Positions 12,224 to 24,700 of a DNA stretch of 64,000 bases are shown here, piece after piece (the stretch's first letter is position 1; the number at the start of each line of letters is the position of its first letter). The notes beneath the pieces were generated by a model, which searched no databases, was not told the DNA's origin, and saw only the letters and a program-made list of their open reading frames with translations. The translations under genes and the position numbers were made by a program. Source of the stretch: Guillardia theta CCMP2712 (lineage: Eukaryota; Protista; Cryptophyta); contig NW_005434457.1 in assembly GCF_000315625.1 (NCBI RefSeq), positions 3,835-67,834 on the forward strand, given 5' to 3'.

Positions 12224-13128
12224 ATGAGTGGATTTCCTTACAACACTTGGTATGATGCGGGGACCTTTTCCAACTATACGAACGTATACTCGTCTCACAT
12301 CAAGGATTTCTACAACATCAAGATTGCAGATCCATTTCAAAACACATTACCAACTCAACATTCTGTTTCTTGTGGATCTCCGAGCAATGACGGAAAGCGA
12401 AAAAAATCCAGACTCCTGCCCAATTGCGACGATGTAACAATCTTTCCACGAAGAAAATCGGGACAAGACAAACTGGGCAGCAATCGACCACCAATTGTAA
12501 TCACCAGGCAGAAGCTAGAGGGGTTCTTCAACATGCCTCAGCATCAAGTCTGCAAGAAGCTGGTAAGACCTAAACCCTCTCCTCCTCTCTTTGCTTCTCG
12601 GTGCTGAGAGTTCCCCAGGGTGTCTGTGCAACTGTCATTAAGAAGGTGTGTCGTCAGCTCGGAATCGCAAAGTGGCCCTTCAAGGGGAACAAGATAGTCC
12701 TTAGAAAGCAAGGCCTTTTTTCCCCTGTCAAGTCAGAAACCTCGCCCCACAACCTGACCGGCGAGGCCTCCAGCTCGCAAGCTTCTTCTAAGGAAAATTT
12801 TGCTCGCAGCAAGGTCCCTGGGAAGGGCAAGAAGATCGAGGACGCAGTGCTGGCTCGGTCGAGGATGGTTACCAAGGTGCTGCCTCCGCTTCCGCCGCTC
12901 CCCTCGAACCAAGTCACGGAAGTGTCAAGACCGTGCCCGACGCTGCCCTCCCTCATCGAAGAACCGCTCTTCTCCTCCACGTCCGCCTCCTCGCTCAACA
13001 CGGAGTACAGCGACGGCACGGAGATGACGTCTTCTGAGACCAGCGAAGGGTTCGATCTCTCGTGGCTCGTCCCCAATGACAGCGACCTCGAGATTCTCGA
13101 CGGCCTGCAGCTCCCTGCTGCACATTAG
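12224..13128 (+). CDS. RWP-RK domain transcription factor (2 exons, intron 12563-12618)
   Basis: IFPRRKSGQ...ITRQKLEGFFNMPQHQVCKKL|GVCATVIKKVCRQLGIAKWPFK is an RWP-RK signature (KWPFK variant); GT..AG intron of 56 nt keeps the frame; acidic C-terminus DLSWLV. Confidence 0.88.
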
Positions 13129-13354
13129 TTGCATTTGTGTTCAGATGTGTGGATAGAGATAAGAAGCGAAGGGGGCAAAGTGCGGACAGTGTCGTGTTGT
13201 GTACATGCTGCTACCGTGTTGAGAGATTCAGAGTAATTGTAAATGATGTAGCAATATACTGATTTCCAATCAATTTTGAAAATAAATTCTCTTTACAAGC
13301 ACCATGCGTCATTGACACCATCAAGTTCATGGAATGCGCTGAATGACCTCCGCA

Positions 13355-15188
13355 TCAAATTCCATTCGGAGCTGACAACAGCAAAGTTCCTTCCCAGCGA
13401 CTTGTGAAACGATTCTCTACGGCGGCGGAAGAAGAAATCTAGTGCAAATTGTCACACGTTGCCACTAATATCACTATAGTCATGTACCTGCTCCTCAAGG
13501 CTGCTCAATAGCGGACGCCCCTCCGACTCCTTCCATTCCTTCCACACTGCCTGCTCCCTTCAGGGTCACTCTCCTCGCATGCCGAACGGTGCTACGTCAC
13601 CTCAGATGGCCAGAAGGAGCAGGAGGCATACGTGAAGGCGTCGTCGGGACGAGTCGCCTTGCTTCCTGCTCGTCGCAGGAGGATGGAGGCCAGGCATCTG
13701 GAGGTTTGGAAGAGTTTGTCATGATATGGCATCCTGGGATGTACCGACCTGTCGTCTTCTTGGAGCTGAGGGGAGATCTGAGACCTTGAGAGCAGCATGA
13801 GTTTGTTTGTTGGTTGTCATCACCATGATAAAGAACTTACCAGAGTTGTTCGAATTTGTCGTCAGACTGATCCTTAAGCTGATAGAAATCCTGAAAACCC
13901 CTTGATCAAATATGAAGGCCAACCATCAATGTGTTTTCACCATAGTCATGAAGCAATCTGTCGGGATCTTTGCCTTGCCATCTGCAACAACCTTTCCGTG
14001 CTCATCTCGACCTTGTGTAGCGTCAACGCGATCGGAAACTTTTGCACATCGTGCCATCACCTTGCAACGCAAGTGCTGCAAGCTGCTTCGTTGAGGCCTT
14101 GGGAAAGAGTCCATCCCACATTGCAGGCGTTGGAGATGTCCGCAGGACCATCATGCTACAAAGCTCTCAGTCAAAAACACGGCGAGAGGAAAAAGAGATA
14201 CAACACCTCCCGATCATTGCAGACAGAAACCCACCCAGCGATCCTCCCCCGTGCGCCTCCTTGAATGCATATCCCTTCCTCCTTCAAGGACGTCAATGTA
14301 TGGAGCATGGCAACTTCACTTCGATTGCTCTCACCAGCTGTCAAAGTTCTCCTTGTTCTCCCAAACTGTCATTGACATATAGTCCTGAAAGTCCTCGGGA
14401 TAGCCTTTGCTGTCACTGGCGTCGTCATCGATTCTTCTGAGAAGACTGAACAGGCGAAACCCTGGATACACATCGATTATCTTACAAGAATTTGACTTCT
14501 TATCCCGCAGCATTACAACGACTCTCACCTTCCATCTGCTTCAAGCTGCTCTTCCGGTCGGCCCATCTCTGCAGGAAACAACATGAACCAACGAAGCGAA
14601 AGAAGAGCAAGTTCCTTCTCGAATTTTGCGCCGGCTCCATCCCGTGTTTGAAACCTGTTGAAGACAACGTATCGCTCTCTCTCCCTCGTGGCTGTGCCTA
14701 CGCCTTGTCTCTCGGTCGAGATACTTTGCGACATCGCTGGAGTCAGCCTAGCATGAGAGACCATCATTCGTGGGTAGTGTGCAAGCAACGCCTTGCCTTG
14801 GACGAAAGTGGCGATGCAAAGGCATATGTGCCAGATTGCATCTGAAGTAATGTTAGAGAGAAGATGAGGTAGGTCAATATATGTATGTTGTCACTTTGTC
14901 AACACTTGTCGTCGAAAGAAAAGAGAAGATGGGAGATTGTAGGTGAAGGCAACCTAGAAAACAATCAGTCATTCAACATTACATTCTTTCAGTCAGAGTC
15001 TCCCTTCATTCATCTCTCTCGCTATCCTCCGCTCTCTCTTTACATTTGGTATTCTCAACCCTCTCTCCTCCATCTTCCCCTCCTCCATCTTCCCCTCCCT
15101 TCTGTCTGTCTGCCTGCCTGACTCTTATCCCTCTTCCTCCCCCCCTCCTCACCTCCAACATCGCCATCCACACCGCCGCTCTGAGCAT
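13355..15188 (-). CDS. Double ABM (antibiotic-biosynthesis monooxygenase / IsdG-like) domain protein, probably plastid-targeted
   Basis: Spliced: YVVFNRFQTRDGAGAKFEK|RWADRKSSLKQMEG|FRLFSLLRR...YMSMTVWENKENFDSW|RKGYAFKEAHGGG. Second repeat DKFEQLW...SILLRR...FTYASCSFWPSE|AVWKEWK; ends EGTLLLSAPNGI*. N-terminus MLRAAVWMAMLE|VAFTYNLPSSLFFRRQ resembles a signal plus transit peptide (inference). Confidence 0.78.
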
Positions 15189-15249
15189 CGCAAACTTGCG
15201 AACGGTGACTTCCAAAGCCAACTTTGAGGTCTACCTCTACATGTCAAGC

Positions 15250-16380
15250 CCACCTCGCTATCTTCGTATATTTAGAAAGAAGGCAGAAGATGCAATTACC
15301 TTGTTGAGAAGGAAATACAGCAGCAAATAGAAAAGACAAGAATTTTTTATGTGCCGTATTTTTTTTTTTTCCATCCTCGCCGCTCAGCCTGTGAGCGATT
15401 TGAGACAAGTTACAACATACCTTGTTGTTTGTGCGTAGAATCATTCACGAAACAGCTGTTGTCCCACTGTTTCTCTCTTCATCGAACAATTCTTAGATCT
15501 CGATTCCATGTTTCATTGTTCCCTCGTTTTCTCCTTTCTTTGTCAGGATTGTTTAATGTCATTCTTCATGAAGTAGAATCACAAAATTGTAAGATTTTTT
15601 AAAATCTGCACGTTCTTTTCTTGTTTTAACGTCTGATTTTATATTTTCCTCTTGACTATCATGGGAAAGTGCTTTGTAAGGATGCAAAGTTGTTTGGTTT
15701 GACAGATGTCACATTTCTTTTTATATGCTATCAACAAAGAAATATGATATTTGGATGATGACGTCGTCTTGAATTACATGCTCTTTGAAGTCATTACTCT
15801 TCTTTTCACATCATAAATTCAATTTTTTTGGAAAATATCTTTTTTCTGTTCGGTTTCTTAGATTCTTCTGCTGCATTGATTTTTCAATTGTTGCAACGTG
15901 TGTTTATGATAATTTTCATCTCTTGATTTCATAAATATTTGTCTCTAATTTTGTTGAATTAACAATTTTTATTCAGAATGCATCATTGGCCAATATCTTA
16001 ATTTGATCTGTGTTTCATGATGTTTCAACCTTGCTCCCTGTGATGGCATTGAATGTTCCTGCATTTCACGCTGTCATCTTGTTACTTTCAGAATCAATCT
16101 TCTTTCAGGATTTCTCAAAGTCATGTTCCTTCTGTCAAACCGACTAAAACAGAGTCATAAAGAAGAGTGGCTTTGTACTGTTGTTCTCTGTTGTGTTGGT
16201 TTGATATGATTTTCTGTGCTGTGATGTAGTTTAGCAATACAATTGCACTTCTATCTTCTGCATCTGTGTTTTTCGCTTCATCTTTGATGTAACATAGTGT
16301 GCTGAATGCTTTGATTGCATCTGATACCAAACCCCGTGTCTTTGCTTTATCTATTCTTTACGTTGAGCGCTCGCTTCATC
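15250..16380 (-). pseudogene. AT-rich decayed coding remnant (possible TE/viral fossil)
   Basis: Markedly AT-rich and CpG-poor relative to flanking genes; one minus frame (15904-16134) is protein-like but broken by five successive TGA codons. Confidence 0.35.
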
Positions 16381-17347
16381 TGTGCAATCGCTGATCTCGC
16401 TTCCAGCACCTTTTGACTGTTCAATCTTATCGATGTTCTTGCAACTCACATTCACGTATCCGAACGCTCTGCTCTCGCTTCACTTATTCCCTCACACTTG
16501 TATTCCTGATCAATCTCAACCTTCTGATCCCAATCACCAAGTGACCAGTGCCACGGTGGTCGCTACAGAACCATGGCAGAGGGCCGACGCTGAGGGGCTT
16601 ACTAAGTTACCTGCAGCCAAGTGCTGCACCAGTAGCCGCTGAGTAAGTGTGTGTTCAGGTTCAACACTTCACTGATCACATTCAAGTTGAAAGCAGTTGT
16701 GCTGGCCCGGCGATTACCTATCATAGTATTCAATGATTGCGATCAACTCTCGGCGCGGCCGCGCCGGCCTGCATACGGAATTGGGTCATAGAGGGGACGA
16801 GGTCCACTTAGCCTCGTCCCCACTTTGACCACTCCAAAACTTTGCTGAGAGTTTGCCGCCAATGGCGCCAAGCAGGGGGACAGAGAGCAGAGGGAGAGGG
16901 AGGGAGGAGGGGAAAGGGGAGGCGAGGAAAGGGATGGCGAGGAGGGAAGGATAGCAAGGAATGAGGAAGGGGGTAAGGTGTGGCCTAGTAAAGGAGGGCA
17001 GTCACTTTGCATGAAGATTTCTAGGGAAGTTGAACACACATGAGGACAGAGCTCTGATAGTGTCGCAGAAAAATGCAGAGCCGAATTCACATTCGAGGAA
17101 TGGTGTTGATAGTAGTATCCTTTACAGCAGCACAGCGCAGCGCAGTAGAGTAGTTGGCAAAGAGAACAAAGGCCCGCCATTAGTAGAGCATGAAAGGAAA
17201 GAAATGATGAAAACACGAGCTTCGCATAGAGCATTTTGAAACAAATTTTGTCACGCGGATATCGTGCAAAGCTGCTCACATTACATTTCAGCAGGCCTGT
17301 ATACAAAGCCATTGGAATGCCAGTTCATATGAAAACCGACAACGAAA

Positions 17348-20300
17348 ATGAAACCTCTTCGCTGCAATTATCGGACAGTGGTGAGATCACTGTCGAAACA
17401 TGTGGACACTTGGCATCTAATTGTCTGTACGATAGGATCCGACAGGAATGATCCAGCAGATAGTAGCTCAAAGGACGACGAAAACGACTCAAGAAATGTC
17501 CCAGAAGCTCTGCGATCAGTGGATAGTGTCATATCAAACGAAGACATCGTCTCATCGAATATTTCGTTACAAAACGAGGATATCATAGAATTCAATCAGC
17601 TGCCCAGGAGAATGCGAGCAAAAAGACAGGCTGTAGTTGGACAATCTGGACGAAGCTTCACAAGCCAAGATGCATCGATAAATTCTAGAAGTGCTGAATC
17701 AGTAGTATCATATAGATTAGAAAAAGAGGATCTCAAAAACATGGCGGCAAGTGTTTCAGGAGTTGATGAAGGGGAACGAAGAGATGTACAATTGTCAGAT
17801 AAAGAGACACGCGAAGTCGATCACACAAAGCTATCCGACAGCAGCAGAGATCTGAAAAGGATGAAAGAGATATCCGGCAGTCTTCAAGTAGAAGATCCAG
17901 CAACAAGCCAAGAACAAAGCTTAGAGCATGGAGGTATTCCTCAGCGAGAACCGGAGATCGCTTGCATGGCACCTGCTGCTGCAGAATGCAATATGGAGGT
18001 CCAAGGTCAGGAGGAAGAATGTCAGAGAACAGGAGAAAATGCAACAGAACAGACTCAGGAGCTTATCAGTTGTCAGGAAATGGAATCTTCCATAGGATCG
18101 AACCAGTCGTCCAGGGCCAATGCGACCTCCCAAGAAAATATCTTACCTGCAGAAGAAATATTGGACAGAAATGGAAACGTTCACTGTGATGTGCCTGAAG
18201 ACAACTTTGATAGAAATAGATGTATGAACGGCGAGTGTCTTGCAGACGAAAGGGATAGTGAGGGGACGGAAACATGGACGGGGACGGGAATGGAACAAGA
18301 AGGTAATGTATTAGGTTCCAAGATTATAAGGGAGGAGGCAGAAGCAGCCATTGACGCAGAAAGAAACGATATTGACAAGCAATCAGAAAGAAATGAAGGG
18401 ACTGCAGACAGTGCGAGTGCTGGTGAACTTCAACTTCACATCAAAAATCAGGAAGTTGAAAGTCAAGCAGAAAATCTGGTTGGGTCAGAAACAAAGAAGA
18501 ATGACGATGATACTTGCTGCGAAGGTGAGAAAACAGACATTTGCGAACGAGAAAGCATAATTGGATTGCCCTCGGATCATAGATCTGATCAACCTCGTAT
18601 GGAAGTAGAGCAAGCAGCAGAGGCAGTTAGCGAGACACAAAACATCCCTGTCGTTTCACTTCATCAAGTGCAACAACAAGATTCGGACGGTCTGCGCAGA
18701 CAGAGCGTTACGATAGCAACCAAAGAGGACATCGTTGACTGCACGAGAGATAAATCGACTGCAGTGACTGATGAGGCCACAAAGAACTCCCCAGCTCATG
18801 ATCTCGTACACGGCGATATCGAGCCAGGCGCAGAGCATCGTCAGCTCATGCCAACCCTGGAGGAGGAAGAGACAAGTCGCCTTGACGGCAGGACGAGCGT
18901 AGACGGAGGGACTGGACTGAAGCTTGGGAAGGGCGTTAGAATGTGCGGCGTGTGCGGGGAGGCGCACCATTGGAAGAAGAAATGCGGCGGGGGCCACAAA
19001 GAGGGAGACCTGAGCAACGAGTCAGGGGAGGTCGGGGAGGGCAGCGGCGGGAAGGCGGTCGAGAAAGGGGTGAGGAGGTGGCGTCGAGTGTGCGACTTGT
19101 GCGGGGAGGGGCACCATTGGAAGAAGAAATGCTGGGAGACGGCCAGAGAGTCCAAGGGCAGAGATGAGGAGAGAGGCGTCAGGGAGGAGGGACAGACAGC
19201 CCAGGCAGCCCAGGACGAAGCAGCAAGCGAAGTTGCATCAGACTCAGTTCAGCTCGTGCCAAGCTGGGAAGGAGACGGAGGAACGGCAAGGGCGGGAATG
19301 AAGCGGAAGGAACGGGAGGACACAGGGGAGCAGGCGGCTGTGGGAGAGGCGAGCCGGCAGGCAACCAGCCAGGGCAGCGGCGGGAAGGCGGTCGAGAAAG
19401 GGGTGAGGAGGTGGCGTCGAGTGTGCGACTTGTGCGGGGAGGCGCATCACTGGAAGAAGAAATGCTGGGAGACGGCCAGGGAGTCCAAGGGCAGAGACAA
19501 CGAAGAGCAGGCGGCTGGGGGAGAGGCGAGCCGGCAGGCAACCAGCCAGGGCAGCGGCGGGAAGGCGGTCGAGAAAGGGGTGAGGAGGTGGCGTCGAGTG
19601 TGCGACTTGTGCGGGGAGGGGCATCACTGGAAGAAGAAATGCTGGGAGACGGCCAGGGAGTCCAAGGGCAGAGACAACGAAGAGCAGGCGGCTGGGGGAG
19701 AGGCGAGCCGGCAGGCAACCAGCCAGGGCAGCGGCGGGAAGGCGGTCGAGAAAGGGGTGAGGAGGTGGCGTCGAGTGTGCGACTTGTGCGGGGAGGCGCA
19801 TCACTGGAAGAAGAAATGCTGGGAGACGGCCAGGGAGTCCAAGGGCAGAGATGAGGAGAGAAGCGTTAGGGAGGAGGGACAGACAGCCCAGGCAGCCCAG
19901 GACGAAGCAGCAAGCGAAGTTGCATCGGACTTCGGACAGCTCGTGCCAAGCTGGGAAGGAGACGGAGGAACGGCAAGGGCAGGAATGAAGCGGAAGGAAC
20001 GGGAGGACACAGGGGAGCAGGCGGCTGTGGGAGAGGCGAGCCGGCAGGCAACCAGCCAGGGCAGCGGCGGGAAGGCGGTNNNNNNNNNNNNNNNNNNNNN
20101 NNNNNNNNNNNNNNNNNNNNNNNNNNNNNNNNNNNNNNNNNNNNNNNNNNNNNNNNNNNNNNNNNNNNNNNNNNNNNNNATCACTGGAAGAAGAAATGCT
20201 GGGAGACGGCCAGGGAGTCCAAGGGCAGAGATGAGGAGAGAAGCGTTAGGGAGGAGGGACAGACAGCCCAGGCAGCCCAGGACGAAGCAGCAAGCGATGT

Positions 20301-21656
20301 AGGGGCGGACTTCGGACAGCTCGTGCCAAGCTGGGAAGGAGACGGAGGAACGGCAAGGGCGGGAATGAAGCGGAAGGAACGGGAGGACACAGGGGAGCAG
20401 GCGGCTGGGGGAGAGGCGAGCCGGCAGGCAACCAGCCAGGGCAGCGGCGGGAAGGCGGTCGAGAAAGGGGTGAGGAGGTGGCGTCGAGTGTGCGACTTGT
20501 GCGGGGAGGGGCACCATTGGAAGAAGAAATGCTGGGAGACGGCGAGGGAGCTTGGACGTGGTCATCAGGGGGAGGGGAGAGGAAAAGAGACAGAGGTGGA
20601 GGTTGGTATGAGGACTGCGAGGACGACACCAGCGTTGGCATTGAGGAATCCTTCGTCTATGTCACAAGATCTGGTTCACTTCAAGATTCAACCAACAAAC
20701 AGTGAGAATCGATCTCAAGTGGGTAACTTGTACTGGAAGCATGTTGGCCAATCCTCCTCAATGCATGAACCTATGGTTGGTAAAGATTACGTCTGTCTTT
20801 GTGACATGTGTGGGAATTTTCACGATTGGAGGCAAAAGTGCAATCAAGCAAAAACGTTCTCGTCTAACGCGGCAAACTCTCAACAAATGCTGTTTGGTCA
20901 AGACGATGACAGTGAATCAATGCCGAGATCTCAAGAGGCCGAAGAAATCGAACACCAGCAGGCTGCACATGGGAACATGGAGCTTGTAAATGCTGCTTCA
21001 AGTTCAAACAGTACAAGTCGAGGAGCCGAAATTGATCTTCCTGTGGCTCCTAATGCCAAGAAGGGAAGGTCAAAATATGTGTGGAAGTTGTGCGAGTTCT
21101 GCGGGGAAAGACACCATGCATTGAAAAATTGCTCTGGCCAGGTCGTTTACGATGTGTGTCTTGTTTGTGGGGAGCGGCATCACTGGAAAAGGAATGCTTT
21201 GAGTTGAACTTTGACTCAAGTCGCGACTCATCAAGGAGGCAGGAAGAAGGCGCAAGGTCAGCATCCCAGCACGACAGTCAGAATTCGGGGAAAAGAATTT
21301 ACTCCTACACGAAAGTCTGCCAGCTGTGCGGCGAGATACATCATCACAGGAAGAAATGTTTGGGCGTTCGCAACCCGGTGCGGCAACCTTCTACGGAGAG
21401 CCAAGTCACCAACAACAGACCAGAGGTCGAGGAGACAAGCGACCCGCCAGTCCCTGATCAGGTGACTTCCACCTTGTCTTGCATGCCACCTGACTCACTC
21501 CAGAAGTCCAACGTGCTGAGAATCATCGGAGAGATTCGTGAGGAAGCTCGCATTGCCACAGCTGAAATTGAGAGACAGGCGAAGCTGCATAAGGAGCAGA
21601 TCCGTGCTGACTCCATCCGGCTCATCAATCAACTTCGCCAAAGCATCGGCCAGTGA
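17348..21656 (+). CDS. Large acidic protein with >=11 CCHC zinc knuckles (spans gap; apparent 1-nt frameshift at ~21187)
   Basis: Repeated CX2CX4HX4C motifs (CGVCGEAHHWKKKC, CDLCGEGHHWKKKC, CEFCGERHHALKNC, CQLCGEIHHHRKKC) plus one CX2CX3HX5C variant; C-terminal coiled coil. True start probably lies in upstream exons around 16.9-17.4 kb. Confidence 0.75.
19030..20545 (+). repeat. Coding tandem repeat with 177-bp and 333-bp units, one zinc knuckle each
   Basis: Knuckle first-Cys codons at 19091, 19424, 19601, 19778 (spacings 333, 177, 177) and 20491; units are nearly identical; the N gap 20080-20179 lies inside the array. Confidence 0.92.
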
Positions 21657-21727
21657 CACGGAGAAGAAATTAGCTGGGGTTACTCACCCACCTCTTGTCA
21701 CATATCTCTAGCTTTACTATACATGCA

Positions 21728-24700
21728 CTATAGAAACTCTGGCGAAATCTCTATTCGGTCTATGGATACATCTAAACTTTCTGCCAAAGCAAAGCGCAGA
21801 GTCTCAAGGTCGGACTCCCTGGTCAGCCCGTCCAGCACAAGAATCAAAGTGTCACTCTCTTCCCAGTCAGAGTCGAACTCCATCTCTCCCATCATGGCGT
21901 CCCAGGGGACAAGCGTCTCGTCATCGATCGCCACTGGGATCCTCTCGAGCTTGTACTCGTACTCCTTCTCCTCCGCAGCTTTCATCGCTAGATTCTGCTG
22001 AATCCTCTGTAGCTCGCTATGACCAGCCACAAGGTCCTTGAATTTCTCATCGAGCGTGTCATTGTAGTGCATCAGATCCATCTGGGTCATGCTCCTCCTC
22101 GCTAGCTCCTGGTCCCTGGCCCTCTGCAGCAGCACAGCCCCCAAGTCCATCTGCTTCTCGATGAACTGAATGGCCATGCGCGTCTCGGTGATGATTTCTG
22201 AGACGATCTCGCTCACGTTGGCGTGCATGGACTGCCGTCTCAGGTTTCGCTGGGCGAGAAAGTCGATAGACAAGGCAACCACCGCGATGATGACGGAGTT
22301 GAGCACACCGGTGCTGATGCTACTAGTGTCCGTGAAGGTGGTGAAGCTGATAAGCAAGAAAACGTCAAGCACGATCACAGAGAGCAGCAGCAGCCAGATG
22401 GAGTTGATGTGCGAGCCCAGGGAGACCTTCTTTCTCATCAACATCCTGTTCACGTTCTTCTTTATCAGAGTGTCTAGCGACTCCTTCGGGATCTGGGGCG
22501 TTTTTCTCTTGAACAGCATCTTCGATTGTTCTCCAACAGAGACCCGTATGCGGCCGTAGAGCTTCTTCCTAGTCAAGGAGTACCTCCCGATGACAAAGAC
22601 GATTCCGAACACAGCAACTACGTAAGGAAGGAAGAAGGCTGCACTGAAGAAGAGACCAAAGATGATCCAGGTCAACACGATGAAGAAGTAATAGGCAGAA
22701 GCTGTGAAGATTAACGTCAGCCCGGTGTACCAAGCTCTTCGCAGGTATTTCCTCCAAGGGCTCCAGCGCAGGTTGCCATAGAAGGCGTAGAGCTCAAAGA
22801 AGGAGAGAGCAAAGTAGACCACACAGACTCCGATGATGGCCCAGGAGCCGGCAGGCAGGGAAGCCTGACACGTCAGCTTGTCCGTCACTTCTGGACAGAC
22901 GTATCGATGCGTGGCATCGCTCAGGTTGATTGCGAAGAGGATGGAAGGGACCGACGATATCGCTATCAGTATCATGTGGGTCAGGAATATCGAAAGCTGT
23001 TCATAAAGGCTTTGAGCGTGATCCGCCTCAGTGATTAGAGTATCGATGACATAGAACAAGTTTGTCTTTGCGTAGAACTGATCGTACAAAGAGTCCACGA
23101 CCTTCTGATACTGTTCGTTGTTTGGGTTCATCTTGGAACCCTCAAAGAGCTGTCGCACTGACAGCTCGTCTTCGATCGCTCGCTCTCGCAACTGATCCAC
23201 CCCTACTCGGATTTTGAATCCCAAGTAGACCATCAAACCAATCGCCAGAACAAGCGGCAGGCCGAGACCGAGCAGCAGGATGATAATGACGAAGGAACTG
23301 TTGGACCGTTGAATGCTCGTGGCTGTGATTTGACCCGAGAAAGGATCGTGTTGAAAGCTTATGTAAGAGTTGGCATCTAGACGATACACGAGAATGCTGT
23401 TCGAAGCCATGTTCTCTCCATCGATGGTAGAGAAGATGAGCTGGTAATATTGAATCAGATAATCTACGTTCCCCACAGACGACCTTCGCTTGGCTGGGAA
23501 TTCGATCGTTTGATTCGGCATAGTGTATCCCTGAGCAGCGTTGGGCCCGAGGTCAACGGTAGGGCAGAGAGATGGTTTGACGTCGACGTTCACCGTCTTG
23601 TCCTTGGGGTCAAGCAGCCCAAACGACACCAAGTACAACAAGAACCTGGGGAGCACGAGATAACGAAAGCTCGACGTCCACACGAAGGAGCCAGTCGGAG
23701 AGCCCGGGCCATGGAGCTTGATCTCATACCACTCGACCTGAGGGCGGTTGCTCTCGCCGGGGTGAAAGTCCAGATGGAGAAATGAAGCTGATGTGTTTTG
23801 AAACGCCAGCGTGCGGCTGCCATAGATGCCATCGTAGACGTAAAGCTTGTCAAGCGCCTGGTTGCCGGACATGGGAGGCAACCTCGAGGTTGGGATGCTC
23901 GAGAAAAAGATCTGACCCCCCGTTGACATCAAGTTGACTTGAACTCTTGAGGTGCTCAGGTCATTCTTGAGCTCATATGGGATCAAGGTAGCATAACTGT
24001 TCTGTTGACAAGTCCATTCCCGTTCCAGCTGCGTCGTCGTTATCACGGCAGTGACAAGTTGTCCATCAACGATCCTCGACACGTTTCTTGTGACTGAGAC
24101 GTTTCGAAGAGATTCTTGACAGAAGTTGTCTAGTTGGAAGGCGGGGTCTTGTTTGCTCATGAAGCACACGTCGTTCACACGCTGTTCGTACTGCAGGCTG
24201 TAAGGCAGCAGCATTGAAGCATCGTCGCTGACTGTAACCTCAATGTCAGCGTTGGCGGTCATTGCAGTGATCGACTGAAACGTGCAATTCTCAAGTATCA
24301 CAAAACCGTCATTCAACCCAGGAATCATGATCATTCTTGCTCTGATGTTGTAAAGCTCAACCTGCATGAAGGTTCCAGCCAAACTCAAGGAGTTTGGTCC
24401 GAAGTTTAAAGTGTCGTCAGTGTTGAGCATCTGAATCACAGATGGCTTGGAGCCCACATTCGAAATCGATGTGATTGGAATGATGTGATTAGGATCGGGA
24501 GAGATGTGAATTTGAATTTCGCAGTCATACCCCACATATCGTGTCAGTTCTGCTCTAGTATTGTGGATGCGAACATATTGGTCTGCTGAACAGAAGTCAG
24601 TCAAGACAGACACTGCTGACCCTCCACCCTGGGGACTGACACGGAAAGACAACGAAGTTGGATCATACAGCCCTATGCTCGGTACTTTGACGAAGTTGAC

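Noticed and set aside
17348-21656. LTR-retrotransposon gag
   Set aside because: No LTRs, PBS, protease, RT or integrase nearby; the knuckle count is far above that of gag.
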